From Cenococcum geophilum (Eukaryota), in NCBI GenBank assembly GCA_050273025.1, contig CP158635.1:23994001-24058000 (forward strand): a DNA stretch of 64,000 bases, given 5' to 3'. The notes under the pieces were generated by a model. That model did not search any database. It was not told the origin of the DNA and saw nothing but the letters and a program-made list of their open reading frames with translations. Shown here one piece after another: positions 26,850 through 39,400 of the stretch. The translations under genes and the position numbers were made by a program. The first letter of the stretch is position 1. Every line of letters begins with the position of its first letter.

Positions 26850-27860
26850 ATAATAATAATAATAATAATTCTTTGATTAACGTCTGATACGGATGCTATC
26901 TAGCCCCACGCAGACTACTCCGTATACAAGGGAAAAGTAATATTAACGGGAAAAAACCCTTGCTGCTAGGGGGGAGGAAAAACCCTATGAGCCACCTCAG
27001 TAGGATGAAAAACCCCGTTTGCCATGTCCGCACGTAGCAGCGGCCCTGCGGGCCTACAGCTACGTCCTGTCCTCCTTGGATGTTCGAACTCCTTGGGAAC
27101 CACTACTTCCTTCTCTAGCTTATCTAAGCTAGGGTTCACTACGTCCCAGCTAGGCCTTGCTACTTAATTGCTGTCTTGCTGTTGTTTCCCATATCTTGGC
27201 CATCCCATATGTGCTATCTCTTATTTGACCATTGCCATATACGCCATGCCTCCCCCCCCTAGGGCCTATTAAAGGCGTAAGGGGGATTCATCCGTTCCAA
27301 TTACCGTAATACTAACAGCGGGATATGTTGTATTGGGTATCTTTTGTGCCTAGGCCCCAGCTAGGCCCTTTCTAAGGGTTACCACTCCGTTGAAAGGAGA
27401 TAAGGAAAACCGTGGGTCGCAATCCAGGCTGCTGGGTATTTGGTACTTGTCAACGGCGAGTAACCGTATGCTCCGCGGGCGATCGCCCTGGGGGTTAGGA
27501 GGGGCCGTATATTTGCTCGTTCGTTTGCTCGTTCGCGATCGCTCGTTCGTCGATATAAGAGGTCGTCGATGCTTTCTGTTGGGGGTCGGGGGATGCTATC
27601 GAATGCTGTATATCCACGTTGGATCGTACAGGTGCCTTAATAGGAGAGTAGCGTAGCTGAATTGTAGAGGGCCACAGTAGTGGTTTTCGAGATCTCACCA
27701 TCTGAAAATTTTTCACCACCGCCCATAACGCTCACAACCACGACCACCAGGTCCTATCGCACGCTATGCGACGTCTCTGCGTTGGCTCTGAGTCTGAACT
27801 TCGAAGACCTAGGTTCGTAGCCGTCACCACGTACAGGTACAGAGTCCGTTTTCGACGGCC
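26850..27860 (-). mobile_element. ~1 kb non-autonomous non-LTR retroposon (SINE-like) with an (ATT)n tail and a 5' ribozyme-like fold
   Basis: TSD (C)TCTATTAATA at 26839-26849 and 27860-27870; (AAT)n on + at 26846-26869. The 3' end ..GTAGTCTGCGTGGGGCTAGATAGCATCCGTATCAGACGTTAATCAAAGA(ATT)n resembles Tad-clade LINE 3' ends (from memory, not searched). GC-rich, no long ORF. Confidence 0.8.
27786..27860 (-). ncRNA. Putative HDV-like self-cleaving ribozyme
   Basis: Minus strand GGCCGUC-GAAAACGGA-CUCUG-U-ACC-UGUACGU-GGU-GACGGCU-AC-GAACCUAGGUCUUCGAAGUU-CAGA-CU-CAGAG. P1 is 7 bp with a G1-U wobble; P2 CUCUG/CAGAG; P3 ACC/GGU; 7-nt L3; P1.1 GU/AC; weak P4; J4/2 CAGA. G1 falls at the element 5' boundary. 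Confidence 0.72.
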
Positions 27861-27870
27861 TCTATTAATA

Positions 27871-29259
27871 TATATATATTCTATTATAGCCATATATTAT
27901 TTAGGGTATAGGCCGTTATAGAGCGCTAACTAAATACTTTCTATTATTAATATACTTGCTCTAGTTTAGAAGCCCACTATAAGAACTATATATCTATTAC
28001 CTAATACTATACTTAATTAAGAAAAAAATAAAGGAAAGTAATATATTACTATTAGAAGAAAGTTAGAGTTTAGAGGTAAGCCTAAGTGGTTTTTAACGCC
28101 TTATATCTATAGGGCTGTTCTAGCGTTATACGTTTCTTAATTGGTAACGCACTAGTAGAGGTATATATAGAGGAGGCTCGCGGTATATTTAGTTAGATAG
28201 TTAGAGAAATTCTTAAAAGCTTTTACTTATTAATATTAGCTTTTATACTCTCTATATTTTATATACTTAAGTATAAATATCCGGTTTCCTTTATAAATTT
28301 AATTATAGCTTTAATTATGCTAATGTCTAGCTTCTAGCGCTTAATTAGGCTATTAATATTTCTACCTTCTTTTTATCTACGTAAGTAGCCTCCTAAATAT
28401 ATAATAGATCCTTAAATTAATCTCTATACTACTCTTTTAGTTTAATTCTTTACTATACCCACCTCCTATAAGAGAAAAGAAAGTGCTATATTAATTCTAT
28501 AAGCCTATAGTTATATAACACCGTCTTTAATATATTAATTTTATAAAGATATTCCTTTAGAAATAACTTACTAGTCTATAGCTGCGTAAAATAGTAGCTT
28601 TTAAGCTAATTAGCTATTAGTATAATCCTACAGCCTTTTTAAGGTAGAGTACTATGTTAATCTTCCTTATAAACCTACCTGTATTAAATCTTCCCGCTAA
28701 AAGCGGTTCTATTATTATCTTAGCTTTTTTTAAGGCTTGCGTTATAAAATACTATAAAAGGCCGTCTCTTTATAGTAGCTTCTTACTCTCTAGTCTTATT
28801 ACTACTTTAGTAAGCTTATTAGCCTTTTTATTTTTTATAAATCCTAAATAGCCTAAAATCTAGTATAGCGTAATATTATTTAGCTAAAGCTTTTTTAAAA
28901 TCTCTATAATTATTTCCTAGTAGGCTTTAGCCCTCTAGCTCTATACTAATAGTAACGCTAATTATAAGTTAGAGAATATTCTTATACTAAAGGTAGGTAT
29001 TAAAAAATTTACTTAGTTAATAACTATATATATAGGGTTTTATAACTAGTTAGCTGCCTTACTAACTACTAGAAGCTTTATAAAGTAAGCGTTAGCCTAA
29101 TTAGAGCTTATTACCATTTTTAAAAGCGTTATTTTAGATAGTATAGTATATACACTAACTTCTGCCCTACTATTACGTACTAATATATTAACGTATATAT
29201 TAACCTACCCTAGCTTATAGTTTTTAATAATAGTTTAAGTATGCTTTTTGTCCTTACGT
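27871..29259 (-). mobile_element. 3' part of a Tad-like LINE (RNase H region, 3' end and short tail), RIP-mutated
   Basis: 28384-29259 matches 58302-59179, and 27871-28145 matches ~63725-64000. RNase H-like remnant (*ILGYLGFIKNKKANKLTK, i.e. WIPGHSG..NEKADKLAK after reversing RIP). Confidence 0.8.
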
Positions 29260-29470
29260 TAGGAAAAAAATTTACTAGTATTTTTGCAGTATTTAGCAGC
29301 ATTTGGCGGCCAAATGCGCATTCCGCGCACTATAACGTGTAATATATAGTATTAACTAAGGTGCGGCATACTATTGTATTTAATAATGCGGTGCAGTATA
29401 CTGCTATATACTGCCGTATTTAATATTACAGTGCAGTATACTGCTATATTTAATAATACGGTATAGCTAA
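29260..29470. mobile_element. Possible DNA-transposon terminus with subterminal repeats (hAT-like?)
   Basis: LINE homology stops abruptly at TAGGAAAAAAATTTACTAG, followed by repeated GTGCAGTATACTGC units. The same start motif recurs at ~31033, and related units occur inverted at 58245-58299. Confidence 0.4.
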
Positions 29471-29693
29471 TTACGTATTTTATACTTAATGCGCAATTAA
29501 TATATAATGCCCTCCTCGCGTATTCTATATATAATGCCCTTCTTATACATTCTGTATATAATGCCCTCCTCGCGCATTTTATACATCTTACTTACTTTAA
29601 GCAAAAAGTATTACTCTTTCTATATAGTTAGTGCAAAGTAAAGTATATTATTTTTAGATAATTTAATATAATATAGCGACGGTTCTCTTCTAC

Positions 29694-29853
29694 TTACCTA
29701 CCTATCTATCTATCTACTTGCCTACCTACCTACCTACCTACCTACCTACCTACCTACCTACCTACCTACCTACCTACCTACCTACCTACCTACCTACCTA
29801 CCTACCTACCTACCTACCTACCTACCTACCTACCTACCTACCTACCTGCCTAC

Positions 29854-29905
<52 letters not shown>

Positions 29906-30010
29906 ACCTACCTATACCTACCTATCTATAACTACTATCTATATCTACCTATCTATACCTCCTATCTATGCCTACTATTTATACTTACCTATCTATGCCT
30001 ACCTATCTAT
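29694..30010. repeat. Compound (CCTA)n/(TCTA)n microsatellite
   Basis: Directly visible; produces the spurious PTYL-repeat ORF. Confidence 0.95.
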
Positions 30011-30461
30011 AATTTAGGGGAAGAGCCGGCCCGATTAAAGGCTTTACCTAATTTAATTAATTGATTAATTATATTGATTCGAATCGTTCTCTACGGCCGT
30101 TCGCTGGCTATATATTTAAACAGTAGTTATTTAAGGTGCCTCCCTAGAAGGCCTTAATTTAATTTGGCGATGGGCTAATATTAAAGCTCTAGTTTAATTT
30201 AATTAATTAATTAATTAAATTGTTCGCGGTGTTCGCTGGCTAGTTATTTAAACGGTGGTTATTTAGTTTTGGCGACAGTTATTTAGTTCTAGCGACGGTT
30301 ATCTAGTTCTAGTAATAGTCTTCTGCTAGCTACTATTCTAGTGCCTTTCTAGGTAGGGAGGATATAAGGAAAGAAGGAAGGGTAAAAAATAAGGTGGCTA
30401 TATAGGGGTATACTTAGTAGAGGTATATATAGAGGCTATTAGGAATATAGCGTAGACCCAA

Positions 30462-31030
30462 TGCGAAGCTTTATATAGAGCCTCTATATATAGAGCTTCG
30501 TGTAAAGCCTTATATAGAGCCTCTATACGTAGAGCTTTATATAAAGCCTTATATAGAGAGCTTTATATAAGAGCTTTATATAGAGCTTCGTGCAGAGCTT
30601 CGTGTAGAACTTTATGTAGAAGTTTGTGTAGAGCTTTATGTAGAACTTTATATAGAACTTTATGTAAAACTTTATATAGAACTTTATATAGAACTTTATG
30701 TAAAACTTTATATAGAACTTTATATAGAACTTTATGTAGAACTTTATATAGAACTTTATATAGAGCTTTATATAGAGCTTTATATAGAGCTTTGTATAGA
30801 ACTTCGTATAGAACTTTATATAGAGCTTCGTGTAGGGCTTTATATAGAACTTTATATAGAACTTCGTGCAGAGCTTTATATAGAGCTTCGTATAGAGCTT
30901 TATACAGAGCTTTATATAGAACTTTGTGTAGAACTTTATATAGAGCTTTATATAGAGCTTCGCGCAAAGCTTTATGCAGAACTTTATATAGAACTTTAAA
31001 CATTATATAGAACTTTATGCAGAGCCTCTA
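30462..31030. repeat. 12-bp minisatellite (consensus TAGA(G/A)CTTTATA; least-mutated units CAGAGCTTCGTG-like)
   Basis: More than 40 tandem units differing mostly by C>T/G>A; produces the spurious ORFs 30563..31003 and 30624..31010. Confidence 0.95.
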
Positions 31031-31942
31031 TATTAGGAAAAAATTTACTAGCATTTAGAATGTATTAAAAACTTACCTTAATCTAATCTTACGGCTATAT
31101 TTAACTTTCTTCTAGTATATAATCTTCTAACCTAAGGACACTATCTTCTAAATCTATTTTAAATATATTTTTATTATTACTAGAGAAATCTAGTGGCTAG
31201 TAATTATCTAATAGGTCTATTTAAATTAGAATATATTCTAAATACGTTACAAACACGTTATAACTAGTTACCTATAATAGTTGGTTCTGTTTTGGAGCCG
31301 AGAGGTAAGTTATGTGGTGGGATGAGCGATTTGGGCTCGGTTGACCACGTAATCTTATATTTTCAGCTGAGGCTGCCCCGTGCAGGGATTGTGCATTAGC
31401 GCTTATGGTAGACTCACCCTTTAACGTGGTAAGACCGATTTGCATCCACCCAAATTAGCCCCCCCGATATGTGATAGTTATCGAACATGGCCTCAGTCCT
31501 GCCTCCGCGTTTTTCTTCACGCACGTGTCTTTCTCCGCAGCAGGCACAAGGCGTGGCTAGCTGGACTGGAGCTCCTCCAAGGCCTCAACCCTTTTGACTG
31601 CGATCCGACACGCATGTGGCGACGATGTTGTGCAATGCCAGACTGTGGCATTCGCCTAGCACTTGCATCTCAGAGTTCCATCCAGCTCCGCTCTCCTTTG
31701 TGTATACGGCGCCTTCTAGACCGTGGCTGGCTAAAGAGTGAGTTCTTCATCGCGTCGAGTTGCGGTGGTACTTTGTCACTAGTCAAACTTGTCTCCGCCG
31801 AGAGTGATTGGAACGATAAGGAGCATAGCCTTGATTCAATGGCTAGCTGAAGGCTCGCCGAGGACTTCCCATACGCGGCAAATCCCAAGTAATTAAGGAG
31901 GCGTAGGACTAATGCGCTTGGGACTCTTGAGCTTCTCACGTC

Positions 31943-31949
31943 TATATAA
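31943..31949 (+). promoter_or_regulatory. Candidate TATA box of the tyrosinase gene
   Basis: TATATAA ~100 bp upstream of ATG 32048 in GC-balanced sequence; start context GCCATG. Confidence 0.5.
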
Positions 31950-32047
31950 CCTAGCCTCATCTCCCTTGGAAGAGTTATCGTGTCTTGCACTTCTTCCCGG
32001 ATCACAGCTCTAGCTTAAAGCAGTATCAGACTTCAAGACACATCGCC

Positions 32048-34359
32048 ATGTCCACCAGCCACGTTCTCATCCAAGGGATTCCTGTCCCGCCTGGTCAGGC
32101 TCCAGGTCTACGCAAGGAGTTCTCAGATTGGGCAACGCAGACCCCGGAGACTAGTATTCAAGTGTCTCTTTTTATTCGGGCGCTTCAGAAGTTCTACAAC
32201 ATCCCTTATGACCAGACACTCTCGTACTTCCAGGTCGCCGGTACACAGAACAGCCACCTTCCTTCAGTCCGTCCTGCTCACCTAGTACAGGCATACACGG
32301 CTATCCGGGAAACTTGAAATGGGATAATTCTGATCCCCCTTCGCACCAGAGGGATGCCACTCATTTGATATACTGCACCCACAACTTGATTACCTTCCCA
32401 ACGTGGCACAGACCTTATATGTTGTTGTTTGAAGTACGTGTCGGGGTTCTATCACCGCTTCTCGTTGGACTAATGTCTGTTAGCAAACAATTTATCAGCT
32501 CATGGGCGAGGTTATTGATAACGATCTGAAATTTTACAGCGATGCCGACAAACAAGCCTGGATCAACGAATCCACCAAGTGGAGACTGCCGTACTGGGAC
32601 TGGGCACTGGCGGCTAATAAAGGCAACGTACCAGCCCTGTTCATACCGGCGTCCGTGAAAATCCGTGTCCCGGCGGCGGCGGATGGCTCGCAACCAGTAC
32701 CGGAGCCCGTGGCAAACCCGCTGTACCGGTATCAACTTCAGGAGAACGGCGCGCCAAAAAAAATGGGTGATCTGCCGAAACCCTATACTGTCGACAGTGT
32801 GACACTGAATGATGGCACGGTCTTGCCGGTACGCACAATAGCTCCGCGCAGTGCTACAATTATTGACTTTCTCAGTGGGCGCAGTGCTCTGGCACAAGCA
32901 GATGGGGCATCAAAAGTACTCAGGAACAGGACTGGTCTGACGGTGTCAACAATTACGAGGGCATAGCGGACGCCATCAACTCGCATGACTGGTATGGTGT
33001 AAAGCCTGGCAACGACATCCTCAAGCATCCCGTCAGCGACCTGGTCTATCGGCTCCTGTCCAACGTTCAGACGTGGGCAAACTTTTCCTCTACCGTTACT
33101 AACCCAGTCTCTAATCAAATACCTTGGGAGGAGTGGCTGTCACTCGAGTACGTCCACAATAACTTGCATGTAGGTGGTCACCGTTCATTTACTCTTGAAA
33201 GACCGACGCTAACGATGTCAGGGTTTTATTGGTGGCGACGCCTTGTATAACGGGATGGGACATATGCAGAACGTCCCATCCGCGGCTTTCGACCCGATAT
33301 TCTACATGCATCACTGGTATGACCTCAGGATCGCTGCCTCGCCGCTCTAACTTAAGCTAGCAACATCGACCGCCTGCTTGCAATCTGGCAGACCTTGAAT
33401 TCAGACAGCTGGTTCGCCAGCGACGCATCCCCGCCATCCACGGACCCGCTGCCTCCCTTCCACCACCAGTTCGCCTCCGGCGCAATCGACTACTTTAAGT
33501 CCGACGACGTGCGCCAGTGGTTGAGCTTTGGCTACCAATACGACGTGTTGGAGCGTAAGTCTGGCGAGAGCGACGAAGATTATGTCACGCGGATCAAGGT
33601 GTACGTCGAGACGACCTACCAGAGCACGGGTCGGGTCCTGCTCAATGACCACGACAATCTTTTTAAAGACATAAAGATCCAAGATCATACCTATGACGAC
33701 TACTTGATCGATGTGCTCTACGACCGGTAAGGGAGTCCAAGCCCACACTATTCCTTTCCTGCGCTAACCTCCCCTAAGATACGCTCTCGAGGGTGATCCG
33801 TATACGATCCATTTCTTCCTCGGCGCCGTTCCCGATTCGGAGATTACCGCGGGCATTACGAGGTTCTTCAAGCACCCCAGACATGTTGGCTGCGTCTACA
33901 ACTTCAGTAGCCCAATGGACGCCGTGGCGGCCGGCGGGGCCCCGCGCTGCGCTAACTGCACGAAGCAGCACGATGACGGCTTGCTCTCAACGGCGCTGGT
34001 TCCGCTAACCATTCCGCTCTACAACGCGGCCGTGGACACGAGCGTCCCAGACATCCAGCACCTTAGCCCGGACGTAGTCGGGCCGTACCTGGCTAATCAG
34101 CTGAGTTGGGTGGCGGTGTCGGTGCGTTGATCCCCGAATGTGCCGTGCGCGCTGTGACGCTTTGAATTGCTGACATTCTCCTTAGACGAGCGGCATGGTC
34201 ATCCCCTGGAACCGCTTGAGCAGGACCAAGATCTTCGTGCTCAATGGCAAGGCCAAGCACTACCACGATGACGCACGGCTGTCTGACTACTCCAATTACG
34301 AGCCGATGTCCAATGTGACCCATGGCAAGGAGGTCGGCGCCTCGCACGACGAGTACTGA
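32048..34359 (+). CDS. Fungal tyrosinase (type-3 copper polyphenol oxidase) with C-terminal domain; 8 exons, ~650 aa
   Basis: Exons 32048-32240, 32291-32433, 32484-32828, 32876-33169, 33222-33316, 33361-33726, 33779-34121, 34186-34359 (1953 nt, phases consistent). Seven GT-AG introns of 44-64 nt with CTAAC/CTGAC-like branch sites. CuA: AGIHGYP, YCTHNLITFPTWHRPY. WRLPYWDWA. CuB: [34 protein letters not shown]. FGYQY motif; C-terminal CANC. No obvious signal peptide. Confidence 0.95.
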
Positions 34360-36166
34360 AGCAGAGAGGTGCTTATTCGCGCAGCAAATGGCAGACTTGG
34401 GGGATCGATGGTTCCGTAAGGTTTTCGGGGGAAGTCCTCGTTCCTGCGTCAGCCAGTCACTACCGTTTTCTCGTCCAATCCCATTCATTTCCACAAGACT
34501 CCCGAACAGTGCTTGATGCTGTGAATTATCGTTGAGATCGGCCTATTCGTGGCTGTCAGTTTATGTCCTACGTACCGACCGCAGGCCTGGTGGTGGTCTC
34601 GCAATTCACACGACCGAAACCTCAACCGTTGGAGCTTGAGTGATCCACTCGTAATACTTGACCTCCGCTATGCCCACGCGCGAGTACTCGTTCCCGCCGC
34701 TCCCGTTGAATTGACGATCATGCAGTACGCCAGGTATGAGCCTCTGGCGAGTCGCGGGATTTCTTGCCCGGCATCGTGCTGCTAATAACGTCCATGTTGT
34801 CCACGGCAAATGCATCCCGCCGCCGCGAAAGCGGATTCGGGCCCGAGTGTGTCTAGTCGTGCAGCGTGGTGATGTGTGCGCACCACAGCGTGACGCCCTG
34901 CTCGGGAGGCTCAGCGGATTCCATTGAGACAAATCCAACCAGACCGTCCCTTTTCGTCCCGCATCTCGAAGCTGTCGTTCCAAGCGACTAGCGGGATGGG
35001 GGCGGTTGTAAGTGCCGGGATCGTGGCGGAAGGGAGAGGTGTGCAGTGCGGCCTATTCTGGGCAACTTTTGAGCCCATCCTGAACGCCTTCGAGAAACTT
35101 TAGCTGGACCACCATCGCCACGGGTTCCCTAAGCGGGAAGTCGCTTCTCTCCGTAAGGGGCCGGTCAGACCGATGAGCTTATATTCTGGCATGGTGAGCC
35201 GTCTGCACCGTGAATCGCTCACGAAGACTTCTCAAGTCCTTTACGAATTTAACACGGCCTTGGTAGGCAAGCCAGGTCCCAGGATGGAAGGTTTCAGAGA
35301 TTTCAAGCGCCTCTAGGCCTTTGCGACTCGACCGATACTATCCAGAGCAGATCTTCGTTCAGGGTGCCCTCCCACATCCCGAGGAAGTGCTTGGAACCGA
35401 GATAGGGGAATCTGCCGCGTGATTGCCTACGTTATCCCTCACAAGACCGACGATGGCACGAACTTGTCCGCAGGATACTTATGTGGGCTAGTAGCCCGAG
35501 TAGATCTCCGCAATCCGGAGCCAAAAGTCGCCGGTGTCGTCTACGTCAAAGTACTTCCCGCCCCCCCTCTCTTTGGGCGGTCTACATCAGCCGCGCACGT
35601 CGAATGCCGAGCTTCTCCATGCAACTTATCCGTCCAAACATCGGGGACATTCCGTCCTCGCCTGTAACTTCCGCCGAAGGGGGCGGGGGGTTCTACTTAT
35701 TACCATTTTGTTACGGCGGTGGCCTGCGCAACTGTCGCCAAGGCCCTGGGCAGCCTAGTACGGTAACAAGACTACGACGTACGTTATCTCATGAATCAGA
35801 CGCGCAGAAGATTTGTTCCGTAACATGGGATAACCCATAGACCCTCTTCTGGACCAATTAGAACAGCGCACTAATTTCAGCCCCCTACGCACCCCTGTCA
35901 CCTGACAAAATCTTCTACGGAGCGTCTAAGAGCTTATGGGCGTCGCTTTGGTGAGATTTAAATATTTTAAAAATCAAATTTTGTGTATTTCTATAAGCAA
36001 CGTCCTTACTATAAGAGTTATTATATATTTTATTAATGCAATAGATTCTTTAGGTAATTATATCTATATATTTATAAATTATAACCCCCTTCTAAGAATA
36101 CTAAGGGGCAAGATACATTGTCGCAGAATGTAAGTTAGATTTCAATTTAAATGTTTTGTAGATTTT

Positions 36167-36481
36167 AACTAAAACCAACTAACTACCTATATCTAACTTC
36201 TTATAAAATAAAGCTATAATATTGCTATAATATAAAGGCGATAGAGAAGATAAAGGGCTTTTAGCTCGTACTATTTTAGAAATAATTAGATATAGAGAAG
36301 TATATAAGTTTAGCAGTAAGGTAAGAATGCGATAAAATAAACTAAAACAACTAACTATTTATATCTAACTTCTTATAGAATAAAGCTATAATATTGCTAT
36401 AATATAAAGGCAATAGAGAAGAAAAAGAGCTTTTAGCATATAGTATTTTAGAGATAATTAGATATAGAGAAGTATATAAGT
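36167..36481. repeat. ~142-bp direct duplication in RIP-mutated sequence
   Basis: 36167-36309 is repeated at 36340-36481. Confidence 0.8.
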
Positions 36482-39400
36482 GTAAGGGATATTATTGCGG
36501 TACATCGGGTTACCCTTAGGGCAACCCCCGGACACCCCTTAGACGTCCGTCAGTTATGTGCTGGAGGCACGTGCCCCTAGTATATAGTCTCCACGATCCC
36601 AGAGGCCTTATGTAACCGACTACCAGTACTACGTCAAAGACACTGCTGTATCACCTACTGTGGACTGTAATGGTTACAGCCGCCTTAATTAGCCTAAAAT
36701 ATCAATTACGGCTATATTGAGGATAAGATTAAGGGGTACTTGTGACCTACCTTTGTTTGTGTATATATAGATACTTTAGAGCTACATTTACAATTAAGTC
36801 GTTCATTCAATTCTTTGCACTGCAAAGCTTACAGTTATGAGCCCGGGTCGCACTACCTGCTAAGCAATCAATCTACTACCTCATTTAAGAAGTCACTACT
36901 TCTATCACCTTTGCAAGTGTCTTGAGCTTCTTTACCTACCAAACGAACGGACGATCGACCTTGACCGACGACCGTACCCGACCAACGAACGACGAACTGA
37001 CGAATCAAATCAAAAGTTCGGAACGTCAAAATAAGGTTTTCGCCAAGCCACCAATTGGACCCTGCCTGACCCCACAAATTCTAAAAATGACGACCACGAA
37101 CGAATCAAAAAGTCAACCTCATCCTCAACCAGCCTTCTAATTGGACACAGTGGTTCTTTATCATCCAAGACACAGCCATAACTAATGAGGTATGGCAGTA
37201 CATCGACCCATCTACAAAAGACGAGCTTCCAAAGCTAAAACCACTACCAGCGGACGTACTTCCTAATGCTACATCAATAGCCAAGCTAGACCCAAACCAA
37301 CTTATTGCCTATAATCAGCTCTACGCCAAATACAAGGACGATCTACGCGTACACCAGAAGAAAAAACAGGCTATAAACGATATCAGCAACTACATCGTTC
37401 GCACTACATCGGTAGCCTACCTTCTACTTATCAACGGCCTTAACACGGTACACGAACGGCTTAAAGCATTAAAGACTGCACTAGCCCCTACCTCCTCAGG
37501 TCAAAAGCACGACGTCCTCAATCAATACACGGCCCTAAAAGCCTATAATAAAAAGCAGAGCATTGACAAATGGTTAAACAGCTGGCGGAATGTCTACAAG
37601 CTTGCGGAGCAATTGGAGCTACCAGATATGCAGGGATTTAGGCCATACTATGATTTCGTTCAAGTAATTAAACCCATCTCTTCTAGTTTTGCAGGAGTAC
37701 TAGAAGTAGACCTTATCAGAAAAGAACGGAAGGATGAAGACGCCCTATTTATCATTGATCTTATTAAGGAATTTAAGGAGCACTACCGCATGCAGCAGGC
37801 ATCCTCTACCTCTACTGCCAATAACTCAGCCTTTGCAACTCTGCAAGGCAACTCAAATGCAGATTTAAATTCCAACGGCAATTCCAATTCTAACAGCAAT
37901 TCGAAATGGCATAAGGAATGCGTATGCGGCCTCATACATCGATTTAGCGACTGCTACTATATTACTGAGCATAAGCGCCCTTAAGGATGGAAACCAAACC
38001 CAGACGTCCAGAAGGAAGTAGATAAAAAGATCTCATCTACACCTTAGATTAAACGCATCGTTAAACAGATTAAAAAACGAGGGGCGAAGAAGGACAATCA
38101 AAAGAGCACAGAATCTATAATTGATTTTAATTCTAAAACCCTACCTTCTAAAACCCCGACTAGCCATGCTGCCGTGTTTAGTACTGGTCAAACTCCATTC
38201 GAACTCCAGAATACCTAGATACTTAACCCTAGTGCAGATACCCACGTCTACAATAACCAAGAAGACTTTACCTTCTCGTACCTAGTAACAGAAGACAACT
38301 ACCTGATTGCTGGCGGAAATTTCAAAAAGATACAAGCTTACGGAATAGTAACGATTACTATTAATACACCTACTAGGAAGTTAAAAATGAAGCTATTCCA
38401 TATAGCACTAGTACCTACTATGTTTATAAATATTGTAGCACTATTAAGGGCTACAGATAACGATATCCATTTTGACTTAGGACGAAACTTACTCTACTGT
38501 CTAGCAACTGGCGAAATAGTATACTATGCGAAACGACTAGGGGGCCACTGGGCACTAATGCACAGAGAGCCTACCCTAGATTTGACAACTCAATTGACCT
38601 TCTTAACAAGAAGACACTAACTAAGCAGAATAGCCCGTAAACTAGTCGGAGCCACAGCTACAAAATGGCACAAAATACTTGGCTATGCAGGACCTAACGC
38701 TATTAAGCAGCTTCCTAAGCACGTTAATGGCGTAGAGCTCGAAGAGCTAATTGACGAATGAGCACCGCTCAAAATTAAATGTGAAGTTTGCTTAACATCA
38801 AAGCGCACACAGCAGATCTCTTAAAGACGAGAATACAAATTCCTAGCCACTCGACCATTTGAGCGAGTAGCATTTAATATTATTACCCTTAGAGAACCAG
38901 GGTACAACGGCAATAGATATATAATGCACTTCTATTGCACGTATTCCAAATTTAACTTTATATATACCGCTAAGAATAAGGACAAAGCTACTGTCCTACC
39001 TACCATTTGCAAGACTTACCAGCTGATCAAAATACGATTCTACTAAGACGCTATCTTCTTCTGGAGCGATGACGAACGAGCTTTTGGATAGATAGGAGAC
39101 ACCCTATAGACATAGTGCGCAGACGAAGGCATTACTTTTAAATGCCGAGCCCCGTATACAGAAGAACAAAATGGTGGAGCTAAACGATCTAGACGAACCC
39201 TTATGGAACGGTCTAGGGCGATGCAGCTAGAAGCTTCCTTACCCCCGTCTTTAGGACTAGAGGCGTTCCTTACTGCTAGATACGCCCTTAATTGAACCCC
39301 AAATAAGTAACTAGGATGGAAAACTCCGTACAAGATCGCCTACAGTAAGCCGCCATTACTTACCTATATGCACGTATATGGCTGCAAGACCTATACGCTA

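Noticed and set aside
27078..27092. GGAGTTCGAACATCC (minus strand) as a Pol III B box, implying a tRNA-derived SINE
   Set aside because: It lies ~770 nt from the 5' end with no upstream A box or cloverleaf.
29718..31010. ORFs 29718..30017, 30563..31003 and 30624..31010 with repetitive peptides
   Set aside because: They are translations of micro- and minisatellites, not genes.
31440..34516. Many short overlapping ORFs on both strands
   Set aside because: Explained as exons, alternative frames or antisense of the spliced tyrosinase, or as chance ORFs in its promoter.
34549..35840. Short ORFs downstream of the tyrosinase
   Set aside because: No recognisable domain or consistent exon chain. 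A small or decayed gene cannot be excluded without RNA-seq.
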